Source of the DNA: Hyaloraphidium curvatum SAG 235-1
Taxonomy: Eukaryota > Fungi > Monoblepharomycota
Reading direction: 5' to 3'
Assembly: GCA_025558095.1 (NCBI GenBank)
Contig: JAIVFI010000023.1
Span: forward strand, 310,001 to 374,000
DNA: 64,000 nt
The translations under genes were made by a program, and so were the position numbers. Of the stretch, positions 21,812-33,283 are shown one piece after another (positions within the stretch are counted from its first letter, which is position 1; each line of letters opens with the position of its first letter). The notes under the pieces were generated by a model. That model was not told where the DNA came from. It worked only from the letters and a program-made list of their open reading frames with translations, and did not search any database.

Positions 21812-24800
21812 TCAGCCGAACGTCTGGCTCACCCGGCCTCCCCGCTTTATCCGCGAGATGCGCCACTCGTCGGGCTTCTCGAACCTGTTGTACAGCGGCT
21901 CCAGCTTCTCCTTCATCTTCCGCTTCGAGATCTTGTTGGGATCCGCCGACTTGAAAAAGTTCGGGGCGACCTCCACGAGCCACTTGGGGTCGATCGCCAC
22001 CACCTCACGCATGTACTCCTTGGTCGTCATGACCAGCTCGTGGTAGATGACCCATTCGGGCTGCTTGTTGAACAGCGCCGAAGACGGGTGGATGAACGTC
22101 GGCGTGCCCTCCACGAGCGTCTTGTAGCCCTCCTGCGGGTCCTTCTTGGCTGCGTGCCGGAAGAACCCGGCGCAGATGCACTTCAGGACCTTCTTGTAGT
22201 TGCGCCCGCAAGAGACCACGTCCTGGTGGTACCGGTCCATGATGCCCATCAGCTGCTTCCGGATGTCCTGCGCCCGCCGCATCGACCGGGCCTGGATGAA
22301 GTTCTCGTAGCACCACGGGTTCGAGAACTTGGAGTTCTTCCAGGCGTTGTAGACCGCCAGCAGCGTGACGTGGTCCCCTTCCGGCTGGTGGAACTTGGCC
22401 TTCTTCTGGTCCGCAACCGCCTGCTTGTCTTTCGGACGGTAGAAGACGTTCTGCACCGACAGCATGGCGACGATGGTCAGGATCTCGTCCGAACACCCGA
22501 TCTCCACGGACGTGATCAGCATCTTGCACAGCGGCGGCTCCAGCGGGAACTCGGCCATCTTCCGGCCCAGCTTCGTCAGCAGCCCTTCGTCGTCCAGCGC
22601 CCCGAGCTGGTACAGTTGCTCCATGGCCGTGATGAGCGTCTGAATCGGAGGGGGATCCATGAAGTCGAAACCGATCAGGTCGTTGATGCCCATCGCCTTG
22701 AGCATCAGCACCGTGTTGGCCAGGTTCGTCCGCTGGATCTCGGGCACGGCGTTGGGCAGCATTTCGTTCCGGTACGCAGCCTCGGTGTAGAGCCGGTAGC
22801 ATTTGCCGGGGCCTGTCCGGCCGGCCCGCCCCGCGCGCTGCCGTGCCTGTGCCTGCGATATGGGCACCACCACGAGCGAGTCCATCCCGAGCTTCGGGTC
22901 GTACGCGTTCTGCTTCACGAAGCCGGGGTCCACCACGTAGAAGATGCCGTCGATCGTGATGCTCGTCTCGGCGATGTTGGTGGCGATGACCACCTTGCGC
23001 GCCCCGGGCGGCGCCGGATCAAAGATCTTGCTCTGCATCTCCGACGGTAGCGCCGAGTACACGGGCAGGATGATCAGCTCCGGGACCATCGGCCCGAGCG
23101 CCTTCATGCGCTCGTAGAGCACCTCGGCGGCCGTGTCGATCTCCTCCTGCCCCGTCAGGAACAGCAAGATGTCCCCCGGCGGCTCCGACAGGTGGATTTG
23201 CATGATGGTGATGAGGGCGGCGTCCAGGTAGTCCGACTCGGGCTCCTTCGTGTACAGGATCTCGACCGGGAACGTCCTGCCGGGGATGGAGAAGATGGGG
23301 CAGTTGAAGAAGTACTTGGAGAACTTTTCCGCGTCCAGCGTGGCGCTCGTCACGATCAGCTTCAGGTCCGGGCGGGCCTTGATCGCCTTCTTCATCAGCC
23401 CAAACAGTACGTCCGTGTTGATGTTGCGCTCGTGCGCCTCGTCCAGCATGATCACCGAGTACTTGGTCAGCTCCGGGTCGATCAGGCACTCCCTCAGGAG
23501 CATACCGTCGGTCATGTACTTGATCCGGGTCTCTGGGGACGTGCAGTCCTCAAAACGGATCGAGTACCCGACCTCCTGCCCGAGCCGGACGCCGACCTCC
23601 TCCGCCACGCGCTTGGCCACGGACATGGCCGCCACTCGCCGCGGCTGCGTGCACCCGATCACGCCCCGGTTCGCGAACCCCTCCTCGGCCAGGTACTGCG
23701 TCATCTGCGTCGTCTTGCCCGAACCAGTGTCGCCGACCACGACGAGGATTTGGTTCTCGCTGACGGCCTGCACAAGCGCCTCGCGCAGCTTGAAGATGGG
23801 CAGGCTCTCCCTCTGCTCCTTGATCGTCAGCGACGTGATGCGGCCGAAGGTGGTGCTCTTGTCCATCATCTTCCGCTTCCACTCGGGCACGTGGTCCTCG
23901 GGGTTCATCGTCAGGCCCCTGAGGTCCTGCGCGAACGTGCGCTCGCCCTGCTCCGGCATCGGGTCCACCCAGGGGGCGTTGAGGTCGCGCGGCACGGCCT
24001 CCATGTCCTGGAGCTGCTGCTGCTGCTTCAGCTCCCGCCGCTCCTTGGCGAGCGCCGCGCCCTGCAGCGCCGCGCGGTTCATGGTGCCGTCCGGGTTCTT
24101 GACGATCTTGACCGGGCTCAGCTGCACCGTCTGCCTCGTCTGGCCGCGAAGGAACGCCGGCTCGTCCTCGCGGATCTCGATGTCCAGGTCCTCCTCCTTG
24201 TCCTCGTACGCCAGCTGCCCCTGCTCGTCGTCCAGGTTCGGATACTCGGACGGGTCCAGTACCCCCGACGCGATCAGCTGCTTGATTTCCCAGCGCTCCG
24301 GGCTGCTCAGCCTCTTCCGCCCGCCCGTCGCCACCGGCGCATCCGAGTCGTCCACCACCCGCACGTCGCCGAGGAGGCCCGACTGCCGCGGCCCTTCCGG
24401 ATTCCGCGCGTTCTCGCGGTCGATCTCCTCCTGCGTGCGCACACGCAGGTTCGGCGTCAGGTCCTGGCCCGTGTTTTGGTCCACGTCCTTCATGCTCAGC
24501 CCGATACGGTTCCCGGCCACCGTCATGACCTTGACCCAAACCTTCTGCCCGCGCTTCACCCAGTCGCTCGGGTGCACCACGCGGCCTACGCCCGAGATGT
24601 TGGAGATGTGCACCATGCCCTCGGCGCGGCGCCGCAGACCCTCGAGCGAGACGAAGCAGCCAAAGTCCTTTATGGAACCGACAGTGCCCTGGTAGATCTT
24701 GTAGATCTGCGGCGTGTCGTCCATGCTCTGCCCGTTCGAGCTGACCCGCTCGCGGTCCCGTCCGCGATCGCGGCTGCGGTCCCGCGGATCGCGGTCCCGG

Positions 24801-25441
24801 GGGTCGCGGCCCCTGCCGTCCCGGTCGTCCCTGCCGCCGTAGCGCCGCGGGCTGGCGGACCTGCTCCTGCTGCGGCGCCGGCCCCCGCGGTCCCCGCGCG
24901 GCGGACTGCGGCCCCTGCCGTCCCGATCGCGCGAGCGGTCGCGGGGTTCCGGCCGCCTCTCGCGCTCGTCGGCCTCCTTGCGCGCGCCGGTCAGCAGGCC
25001 CTCCAGCGCGTCCATCGTGCCCTTCGCGTCGTCCTCCAGCTTCTTGTGCCACTCGGGGTCGTCCGGGATGTGCAGGCCGGGGAACTTCTGCGCGTGCTCG
25101 CGGCGCTTCTCCTCGCGCAGCACGTCGTCGTCCTCCCAGTCGGACGTCGACGGCACGCGGCCCGCCTCGTCCGCCGCACGCCGCCGCGGCTTGGCCGCCG
25201 CCGCCGCCGGCTTCAGCGTCTCGATCAGCCGGTGGATCGTCTCGACCAGCGCGCCCGGCAGCCCCGCGCCCGCGCCATCGAGCTGCGCGCGGAAGGCGTC
25301 GAGCCGCGGGTGCTCGTCGTGCAGCGCAATCACAAACTCGGCGACCGTCTTGTCGTCGATGCCCGTGTGATTGTAGATCTCGGACGCGATCTTGGACACC
25401 AGCTGGAGGCGCTCCAGCGCCCGCAGGTCCGCCGCCGACAT
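21812..25441 (-). CDS. PRP22: Pre-mRNA splicing DEAH helicase Prp22/DHX8 (intronless)
   Basis: [15 protein letters not shown]-terminus, RS/RD-rich tract, S1 domain, [31 protein letters not shown] and QRAGRAGR. Confidence 0.98.
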   Translation of the reverse strand: MSAADLRALERLQLVSKIASEIYNHTGIDDKTVAEFVIALHDEHPRLDAFRAQLDGAGAGLPGALVETIHRLIETLKPAAAAAKPRRRAADEAGRVPSTSDWEDDDVLREEKRREHAQKFPGLHIPDDPEWHKKLEDDAKGTMDALEGLLTGARKEADERERRPEPRDRSRDRDGRGRSPPRGDRGGRRRSRSRSASPRRYGGRDDRDGRGRDPRDRDPRDRSRDRGRDRERVSSNGQSMDDTPQIYKIYQGTVGSIKDFGCFVSLEGLRRRAEGMVHISNISGVGRVVHPSDWVKRGQKVWVKVMTVAGNRIGLSMKDVDQNTGQDLTPNLRVRTQEEIDRENARNPEGPRQSGLLGDVRVVDDSDAPVATGGRKRLSSPERWEIKQLIASGVLDPSEYPNLDDEQGQLAYEDKEEDLDIEIREDEPAFLRGQTRQTVQLSPVKIVKNPDGTMNRAALQGAALAKERRELKQQQQLQDMEAVPRDLNAPWVDPMPEQGERTFAQDLRGLTMNPEDHVPEWKRKMMDKSTTFGRITSLTIKEQRESLPIFKLREALVQAVSENQILVVVGDTGSGKTTQMTQYLAEEGFANRGVIGCTQPRRVAAMSVAKRVAEEVGVRLGQEVGYSIRFEDCTSPETRIKYMTDGMLLRECLIDPELTKYSVIMLDEAHERNINTDVLFGLMKKAIKARPDLKLIVTSATLDAEKFSKYFFNCPIFSIPGRTFPVEILYTKEPESDYLDAALITIMQIHLSEPPGDILLFLTGQEEIDTAAEVLYERMKALGPMVPELIILPVYSALPSEMQSKIFDPAPPGARKVVIATNIAETSITIDGIFYVVDPGFVKQNAYDPKLGMDSLVVVPISQAQARQRAGRAGRTGPGKCYRLYTEAAYRNEMLPNAVPEIQRTNLANTVLMLKAMGINDLIGFDFMDPPPIQTLITAMEQLYQLGALDDEGLLTKLGRKMAEFPLEPPLCKMLITSVEIGCSDEILTIVAMLSVQNVFYRPKDKQAVADQKKAKFHQPEGDHVTLLAVYNAWKNSKFSNPWCYENFIQARSMRRAQDIRKQLMGIMDRYHQDVVSCGRNYKKVLKCICAGFFRHAAKKDPQEGYKTLVEGTPTFIHPSSALFNKQPEWVIYHELVMTTKEYMREVVAIDPKWLVEVAPNFFKSADPNKISKRKMKEKLEPLYNRFEKPDEWRISRIKRGGRVSQTFG

Positions 25442-25625
25442 CGCGGATGTGGAGGTAGCCTGCACCACGGATCCCTTTGACCGCCCACCCGTCGCGCAGC
25501 AAACGCCCCCAAAGAGTCGTGGATTCATTCCAGATTCAAGTGTGGACAACGGCATCAGCACGGGTTCGCGCAGCATCGCGTGTATTCGATCTGTACATAG
25601 AGCCAACCGCCCGTGACACGAGAGT

Positions 25626-26421
25626 TCAGTAGACGTAGCCAAGGAGACGACCACCGACGTGCTGGATGAGAAACGGTGAGACTCGGTGTCAGCGTGATAG
25701 GCATGTCAAGCGCCCACCTTTCTCCGGGCCTCCTCGTGGTCCATGATACCGGCCGACGTCGTCAGGATGAGGTAACCGAACTGACGCGAGGGCAGCACTG
25801 GAAACAAGCGCCGGATGGCAGAGGTAAGCACAAAGACAGGGAACGGATGGCTACCGATTCAACGCACGGTTGTTCATCCACTTCTCGAACTCGTCCAGCT
25901 TCACGTTGAAGCGGGGCGAGATGACGCCGCACTTGTTCAGGCGGCCGTTGAGCTGCACCACGATCTTCCCGCTCCGGTGGTCGTCGACGATCTCGAACTC
26001 GCCGATGTACCCGTGCTTCTGCATGACGCGCAGGAACTTGACGATGACCTTGCTCGAAGGCCGGATGAGCACCTGGCGCTTGCCGCGCTTCTCCGCGTTG
26101 ACGATGGACGTCAGGCAGTCGTTCTGTCGTTCCGTGTGCCGGTCCATGACGAATTGGTCGACGAAGGCGACGGGGGGAAGGGGAAGGGAGGAACGGGAGG
26201 AGATCGTTTAGAGACCGGTGGGCTCAAAACGGTGTCTCCTCCGCCGGGTGGTGCCGACGCGGGGTCCGCCGTCTGCGCGGGTGCCCCTCATGCGGTGCTT
26301 CCGGTGCCCGACGTGCTCAGGATGCCCAAAGACCCGCTCCGCAACCCCCGCCAGCGCGGGGCACGCGCCCCACTCCAGAACTGCTGCGACAGATACGTAC
26401 AAGGACAGAAATCCGGACCAT
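25626..26421 (-). CDS. RPS22: 40S ribosomal protein uS8 (S22/S15a), 4 exons
   Basis: Spliced translation MVRISVL|[31 protein letters not shown]...[26 protein letters not shown]|[11 protein letters not shown]. Confidence 0.97.
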
Positions 26422-26614
26422 TATTCGAAAAAAAGAAGATGAGCTAGCAGGTCAGAGAGAGCAGCTCTAGCCGGAGCTGTTGGAGATGTCGAGAGGAGGG
26501 AGGAGAGGGAATGTGAGGTGCGATTTGGGAGCGACAGATGCTGCACACAACCGGGATTTCGCACGCAACCCTCGGAGGGCACCTCTCAGAAAAGTCGGCC
26601 CGCCAACTACCCGT

Positions 26615-27409
26615 ATGCCTCACGAGGGACGACAGGACGCGGCGCCGCTGCGACCGGAGCCGCTTTCGGCCAACACGCCCAAGGCGCCGCGGCTGGACCG
26701 TCTCCCGGACGATGTCCAAGTCATGCTGCGCCGGGTGATCGACTTCAAGCCCAGCGACATATTGGACTACCTGCATCCTATGCAGTTCAGAGCTGCCGTG
26801 CTCGTACCGCTGCAGTACAACTCGGCGACCGGGCAGATCGAGGTCCAGCTCACGCAGCGCGGGTTCCACATGCGATCGCACGGGGGCGAGGTCGCCTTTC
26901 CGGGCGGCAAGAAGGACGAGACGGACTCGGACGACGTGGAGACGGCGCTGAGGGAGGCCATGGAGGAGATCAACCTCTCTTCCTCGGAACTGGTCGTGCT
27001 CGGTCAGATGGACCCGACAGTTTCGAGGGGCCTGCTAGCGGTGCAGCCCGTTGTCGCGCTGGTCGCCGAGGATTTCGAACCGATCTTCAATCCGGACGAG
27101 GTGCACGCTTGCTTCAAGGCCGAGCTCGCATCGTTCCTGTCGCCCGAGGACCACACCTCGGACGACATGACCTCCTGGAACGGTTCCCCCTGGCGGATGC
27201 ACCGGTTCCAAAGGAACGGCTATTCCGTTACCGGAATGACTGCATATTTGCTGGTTTCCCTCGCCGAACTCGTGTACGGATTCAAAGCGCCGTTCGGGGC
27301 CGGCGCGCCGGGCCAGAGCGACGATGCCATGATTCGGCACCTCGTGTCGACCGGGCGGTTCCAATGGAAGGACGGATCCGCTCCCGCCTCCGAGTTCGTT
27401 CGTCTATAA
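26615..27409 (+). CDS. PCD1: Nudix CoA diphosphatase (Pcd1/NUDT7-like)
   Basis: AAVLVPL, the CoA motif LTQRGFHMRSHGGEVAFPGG, Nudix box GKKDETDSDDVETALREAMEEI, NPDEV and GMTA. Confidence 0.9.
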   Translation: MPHEGRQDAAPLRPEPLSANTPKAPRLDRLPDDVQVMLRRVIDFKPSDILDYLHPMQFRAAVLVPLQYNSATGQIEVQLTQRGFHMRSHGGEVAFPGGKKDETDSDDVETALREAMEEINLSSSELVVLGQMDPTVSRGLLAVQPVVALVAEDFEPIFNPDEVHACFKAELASFLSPEDHTSDDMTSWNGSPWRMHRFQRNGYSVTGMTAYLLVSLAELVYGFKAPFGAGAPGQSDDAMIRHLVSTGRFQWKDGSAPASEFVRL

Positions 27410-27519
27410 ACAAGAATAGAGCCTACGCGGCCCGATACATTACATCAGGGCAAACGAGTGGACGAATAGAATCGGAATGTCAGACCGTCTTGTTCAGCCT
27501 CGTGAGTGGAATGAGAACG

Positions 27520-28526
27520 TCAGAACGTCTTGTTCAGCCACTTTAGTGCGGCCTCAAAGGCGACAAAGGTAGCGGCGTTGGCCGGAGCCGCCCGCAGCAT
27601 GCACGCGCTCAGTCCCCTTGTGAAACCGGGGAGCCTTTCAGCCTGCCAAGTCTGCCGGAAGCAGTCGCCCATGCCCTTGTAACGAGCGTACCGTTTGTCC
27701 ATGCTGTCGGTTTGTATCCGGGATTTGACGACGTCGAACGGATAGGACGCAAGCCAGAAACTTAATCCGCTGAGGGAGCCGAAAATGATGCTCCACATAG
27801 GAGTGATGATGGCACGGTCGGTGGTTCCATGTTTCTTCATCCGCTGCTGGCTGAGGAACTCATAGACAAAGAAATACGACGCAAACCCCGCGGTCTCCCT
27901 GTAGCAGGTCGGCACCTGGCCATGGAAGAGGCCTCGGAGCCCGTACAGTCTAGCGATCTGCCTGAACGCATCCGTAGGTCCCGCGTAGTACTGGTAGCCG
28001 GGGGCAATCGCAGCCTTCTGCTGCGTCTGGAGACGGATCCGAACGTTCTCCACGGGCCCGGCAATGAACGAATTGACGAATCCGGCGGCCCCCGCGCTCG
28101 CCGCCAGCTGCGGCTTGCTCAAGAGGACGAGGGTACCATTGTTTCCTGCCCCTTCGCCTAAGTTCCGGGCATTGAACGCCATGAAAGTTCTCTTCATCCA
28201 TTCCAGGACCCAAAATTGGACTGCAACGCAGGTTCCGACCCCCAGAAGGGGCGTGAGCGTGCCTTTGTACAACGCGAGGGGTCCTTCCTTGGCGACGATC
28301 TTGCGTGCGGCATCCGCGACCCCCTTGTACTCCGGATTTGTCACGGATTGGGTCTGCAGACGAACTTTCACTGTGTCGAAAGGCTTCCGTCGAAGTAAGC
28401 TACAGCCGCAGATGTCAGGAGGAACTCAACTTGTCCCATGAGCACTTGGGCCACACCCCCGGTCGCCCCCGCAAGAATGTCTTTGAGGACCCGATAGGGA
28501 TCTGCCCGGATTTCATTGGCAGCCAT
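27520..28526 (-). CDS. Mitochondrial carrier (SLC25; Ymc1/Ymc2 or carnitine/ornithine type), 1 intron
   Basis: Three PX(D/E)XX(K/R) signatures (PFDTVKVRLQ, PVENVRIRLQ, PFDVVKSRIQ) plus YKGTLTPLLG and RAAPANAATF. Confidence 0.93.
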
Positions 28527-28677
28527 CGTCGAGAGCGGCGCGACAACGCCCGAGCGTTGGGAAAGCGGGCCGCGCGCGTGCTGGCGACATCGCTGCTGGC
28601 GCCTCTGAGACGCACTTCCGTCGCGATCGCGAAACTTGCGCCCTGCAGCTTTCCGGGTCGGGTACGTGGCGGAAAAG

Positions 28678-31600
28678 ATGGCCACGGCCTCGAGCGAGGC
28701 GGCTGGTCCGCCACCGGAGCGCGGCATCCGGATCTGCATCGGTGGAGCTCGCCAGGGGTCAGGTTGTTTATCTCTGCCTGACACGGCCGCGACCAGACCG
28801 GGGTGGCACCTTCACGGACTGCATTGGCTTCGTTCCTGACGCGAAGGAACCATCTGGCTATCGGACTATCGTGCTCAAGGTCCTGAGCGTGGATCCGGCG
28901 TACCCAGAGTAAGTCGCTTGACCCTGACATGAAAGCGTCTCCCAACGGCCCGACACCCGCAGTGCACCGCGAGAAGGAATCCGAAGGATCTTGGAGATAG
29001 CTACCGGCAGATCGCACCCGCGGACGCAGCCCGTTCCGACGGACCTGATATCCTCGATCCGGATGGGCACGACGGTCGCGACGAACGCGCTCCTGGAGCG
29101 GAAGGGCGAGCCTTGTGCGCTCCTCATCACAAAGGGCTTCCGCGATCTCCTGCACATTGGAAACCAGAGCCGACCGGACATTTTCGATCTGAAGGCGGAG
29201 TGCCCAGAGGTGCTGTACGAGGATGTTGTCGAGGTTGACGAGAGGTCGGTCGGACCATGCTCTCGTGGAGGCACGCTGACGACATCGAGTATAGGGTTAC
29301 TCTCGTTGGCTACACCTGCTCGCCACTGGGGGGGAAGATGAAGCCGCCGCAGGATGACCCGTCGTACGTGAAGGGGGTGACTGGAGAGTGGATCCACGTC
29401 CTCCAGCGGCCCAACGTCGAGGCCGTTACCAAGCAGCTGAAGGCGGTCTACGACAAGGGCATTCGGAGTGTTGCCATCTGCCTCATGCACAGCTACACGT
29501 ACCCTGGCATGTTGAGCCGGCGCGGATCTTCCTGGCGTGTCAACTAACTCTTTCCAAAGAGCACGAGAAGCTGCTGGCCAAGCTCGCCAAGTCGGTCGGC
29601 TTCGACAACGTCACTTTGTCTTCCCATATCATGCCGATGATCAAGATCGTTCCCCGCGGCACTTCTGCCACGGTCGACGCCTATCTGACCCCCTGTATCC
29701 AGCGGTACATTGACGGGTTCTTTTCCGGCTTTGACGAGGGAATCCGGACGAAGGTGCGCGTGGAGTTCATGCAGAGTGACGGCGGCTTGGCGCCGGTCGG
29801 TTCCTTCTCCGGTTTCCGAGCCATTCTTTCTGGACCTGCCGGGGGCGTCGTGGGGTACGCCGTGACTTCGTACGATCCCGACGAGGGCAGTCCTGTCATC
29901 GGGTTCGACATGGGTGGTACCTCGACAGACGTGTCACGCTTTGCGGGTGGACGATATGAGCACGTGTTTGAGACCACGACCGCGGGCGTCACCATCCAGG
30001 CGCCGCAGCTGGACATCAACACCGTTGCAGCCGGTGGAGGTTCCCGGCTTTTCTTCCGCAATGGACTCTTTGTCGTCGGACCCGAGTCGGCGTCGGCACA
30101 TCCGGGGCCGGCGTGCTACCGGAAGGGTGGACCGCTCGCCATCACGGACGCGAACCTTTTCCTCGGCCGGCTCGTTCCCCTCTACTTCCCGAAGATCTTC
30201 GGGCCGAACGAGGACGAGTCGCTGGATTTGCAAGCCACGACCGTGGCCTTCGAGAAGCTTGCGAGGGACATCAACGACTTCCAGCGATCCCAGGGGTCGC
30301 CAGAGTACAGCCTGGACGAGATCGCTTTCGGCTTCATCGAAGTTGCCAATGAAGCGATGAGCAGGCCCATTCGGACCCTCACGCAAGCAAAAGGGTACGA
30401 CACTTCTCAGCATGTAATGGCGTGTTTCGGCGGAGCCGTAAGTTCCCCTTTAAAAGGCCGCCTTGTGTCCCTAACATCCTTCGTAGGGCGCACAACATGC
30501 TTGCGCGATCGCAGCGTCCCTGGGAATAGGCCGCATTCTCGTGCACCGATTTGCTTCCATTCTGTCAGCTTATGGTTTGTCTCTGGCCGACGTCGTTTAC
30601 GAGGTGCAAGAGCCTGCGCAAATCAACTTCGGGCCAGACGCGTTCGAGTCGCTTGGAAGAAGCATAGCTGTGCTGAAGGAACGGTGCGTAAAGCACTTGC
30701 AAGACCAGGGCTTCAACCCGGAAGGCGGCATCGACATCGAGGTGTTTTTGAACCTTCGGTACTCTGGTACCGACACCGCCATGATGACCCTTCAGCCCGA
30801 GGATGGTGGCTGGGATTTCGACAAGGTTTTCGTTGCCCAGGTTCTTGCCGTGCTACTCCGCGCGTCGGGTATCGGTAGCTGACCTCTGGCTTCCGTGCGA
30901 CAGTATCAACAAGAGTTTGGCTTCACTCTTCCGGATCGGGCCATCATCGTGGACGACATTCGAGTTCGTGGAATCGGCAAGTCCTTCACCATTGCTCCCC
31001 GATCGGTCTACAAGGAAGTCGCTTCCCTGAAGCGCCGGACTGTTCAGCGCTCCGAGGCCGTTACGACATCGTCGGCCTACTTTGGACGCACCCTGGGACG
31101 GCAGCAGACCCCGGTCTACGATTTGACGAAGCTCGCTCCCGGAGACGTCGTCGTCGGACCGGCGATCATTGTGGAGCCCAACAGCGTGATCGTGGTCGAG
31201 GTCGCATGCGAAGCGACCGTTGCCAAGGAGCACGTGCTCATCGACGTCAAGTCGACCTCGAAGACGAGCGTCGGCGAGAATCTTGACCCAATACAGCTCT
31301 CAATCTTTAGTCACCGGTTCATGAGCATTGCCGAGCAGATGGGACACACGCTGCAGCGCACTTCGGTGTCGACCAACATCAAGGAGCGCCTCGACTTTTC
31401 GTGCGCCTTGTTTGGACCCGACGGGGGCCTGGTCAGCAACGCGCCGCACATCCCGGTGCACTTGGGCTCGATGCAGGAGGCGGTCAAGTACCAGATCGAT
31501 TTCCTTGGGAGCGACCTCCGCGACGGCGACGTGATTGTTTCGAACCACCCGAACGCGGGAGGCTCCCACCTACCGGACATTACCGTCATTACTCCCGTGT

Positions 31601-33205
31601 TCCCCGATGCGTCCGCTACGCAACCCGTTTTCTACGTTGCGTCGCGAGGCCATCATGCAGACATTGGCGGACTGCAGCCGGGATCGATGCCGCCGTTCTC
31701 CAAGGAGCTGTTCCAGGAGGGCGCGGCCATCAAGAGCTTTAAGCTCGTGCAGCACGGAGTGTTTGACGAAGCGGGCATTGTGAAGCGCTTGGTTGACGAA
31801 CCCGCCCAGTGGCCGGGCTGTTCCGGGACACGGATCCTGAAGGACAACATTTCCGACCTGAAAGCGCAGGTTGCTGCCAACCAGAAGGGCATCAACCTGG
31901 TCCGCGCTCTCATCGGCGAATACTCGCTGCCTGTGGTTCAGGCTTACATGCGCTACATCAGGGAAAACGCCGAGCTCGCCGTGCGGGACCTGCTGATGAA
32001 GATGTACGCTTTGCACGGCAATGCGCGCCGGTTGGAGGCCGAGGACTTTATGGACGACGGCACGCCCATCAAGCTCGTGATCGAGATCGATCCCGAGAAG
32101 CGGGAGGCCGTTTTTGACTTTACGGGGACGGGTCCCGAGGTCTATGGCAACACCAACGCGCCAAAGGCAATCACGTACTCGGCCATTATCTACTGCCTCC
32201 GAGCTCTCGTCGGCCAGGACATTCCCCTAAACCAAGGCTGTCTGGCGCCGATAAAGATCATCATCCCTGAAGGCAGCCTTTTGAGCCCTGGGGAGGGCGC
32301 CGCTGTTGTTGGCGGAAACGTCCTCACAAGCCAGCGGCTTGTGGACGTTGTGCTTCGCGCTTTCGGTGCTTGCGCTGCGAGTCAGGGCTGCATGGTTCGT
32401 CGTTACAGTGCGGTCGCGCACGGTGCCTAATCCATCGCCTTGCAGAACAACCTGACGTTCGGTGCACAAGCGCAGGATGTCGGCGAAGGGAATGGTTGGG
32501 GCTACTACGAAACGATCGCCGGCGGCGCAGGAGCTGTGAGTACTCGCCAGCTGCGCTATTCGCCACCAGATCTCACTCCGACGATTGCTTCTAGGGCCCT
32601 ACTTGGGATGGCAGAAGTAAGGCTTGTCCTGGTACGGTGTTTTGCTAGTGCTCACAGCATTCATAGGCGGCGTCCACACGCACATGACCAACACACGTAT
32701 CACCGATCCCGAGATTCTGGAGCGACGCTATCCTGTTATCCTGCGAGAGTTTGGGCTGCGGAAGGGCAGCGGTGGCGATGGTCTGCACCCCGGCGGCGAC
32801 GGTGTCGTGCGAGAGCTCGAGTTTCTCGAGCCCGTCGACGTCAACATCCTGTCCGAGCGCCGCGTGGTGCGGCCGTATGGGTGAGGCGATCCGTGTCCGC
32901 CGCACAGAATTGTTCTGATTCGGCGTTTCAGGATGAACGGCGGCGAAGACGGACTCGCAGGCCGCAATCTGCTCATCAAGATTGACCCTGCGACGGGCAA
33001 GGAAGTCAAGGTTCTGAACCTCGGCGGCAAGAACACGGTCAAGGTGCGGCCGCACGATCGCTTCCGCCTCGAGGCGCCGGGCGGTGGCGGATGGGGCAGC
33101 AAGGCCGCCAACGGGGGCTCGGTGGGGACGAAGGAGGACGCTGGGGTGCCGTACAGGAAGTCGGGCTCGGTCTTGCAGCGATCTTTGGATGCATTCTCGG
33201 TTTGA
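28678..33205 (+). CDS. OXP1: ATP-dependent 5-oxoprolinase (multi-exon)
   Basis: [79 protein letters not shown] and [13 protein letters not shown]. Confidence 0.97.
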
Positions 33206-33283
33206 ATATGATCGAGTCACGTGAACATTGTGTCTGATGCCCATAGCTTTACAAATGTGCTCATCCTTCCGTCCGCCCGGCCT

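Noticed and set aside
21644-25502. Long antisense and alternative-frame ORFs over PRP22 (up to 762 aa), and similar ones at 50771-52642 and 60803-63142
   Set aside because: These are shadow ORFs expected from high GC3 codon bias. The translations are Arg/Ala/Gly-rich with no motifs.
26124-26400. Intronic snoRNA in the long first intron of RPS22
   Set aside because: No convincing C/D or H/ACA boxes seen by eye. An Infernal/Rfam scan would be needed to settle it.
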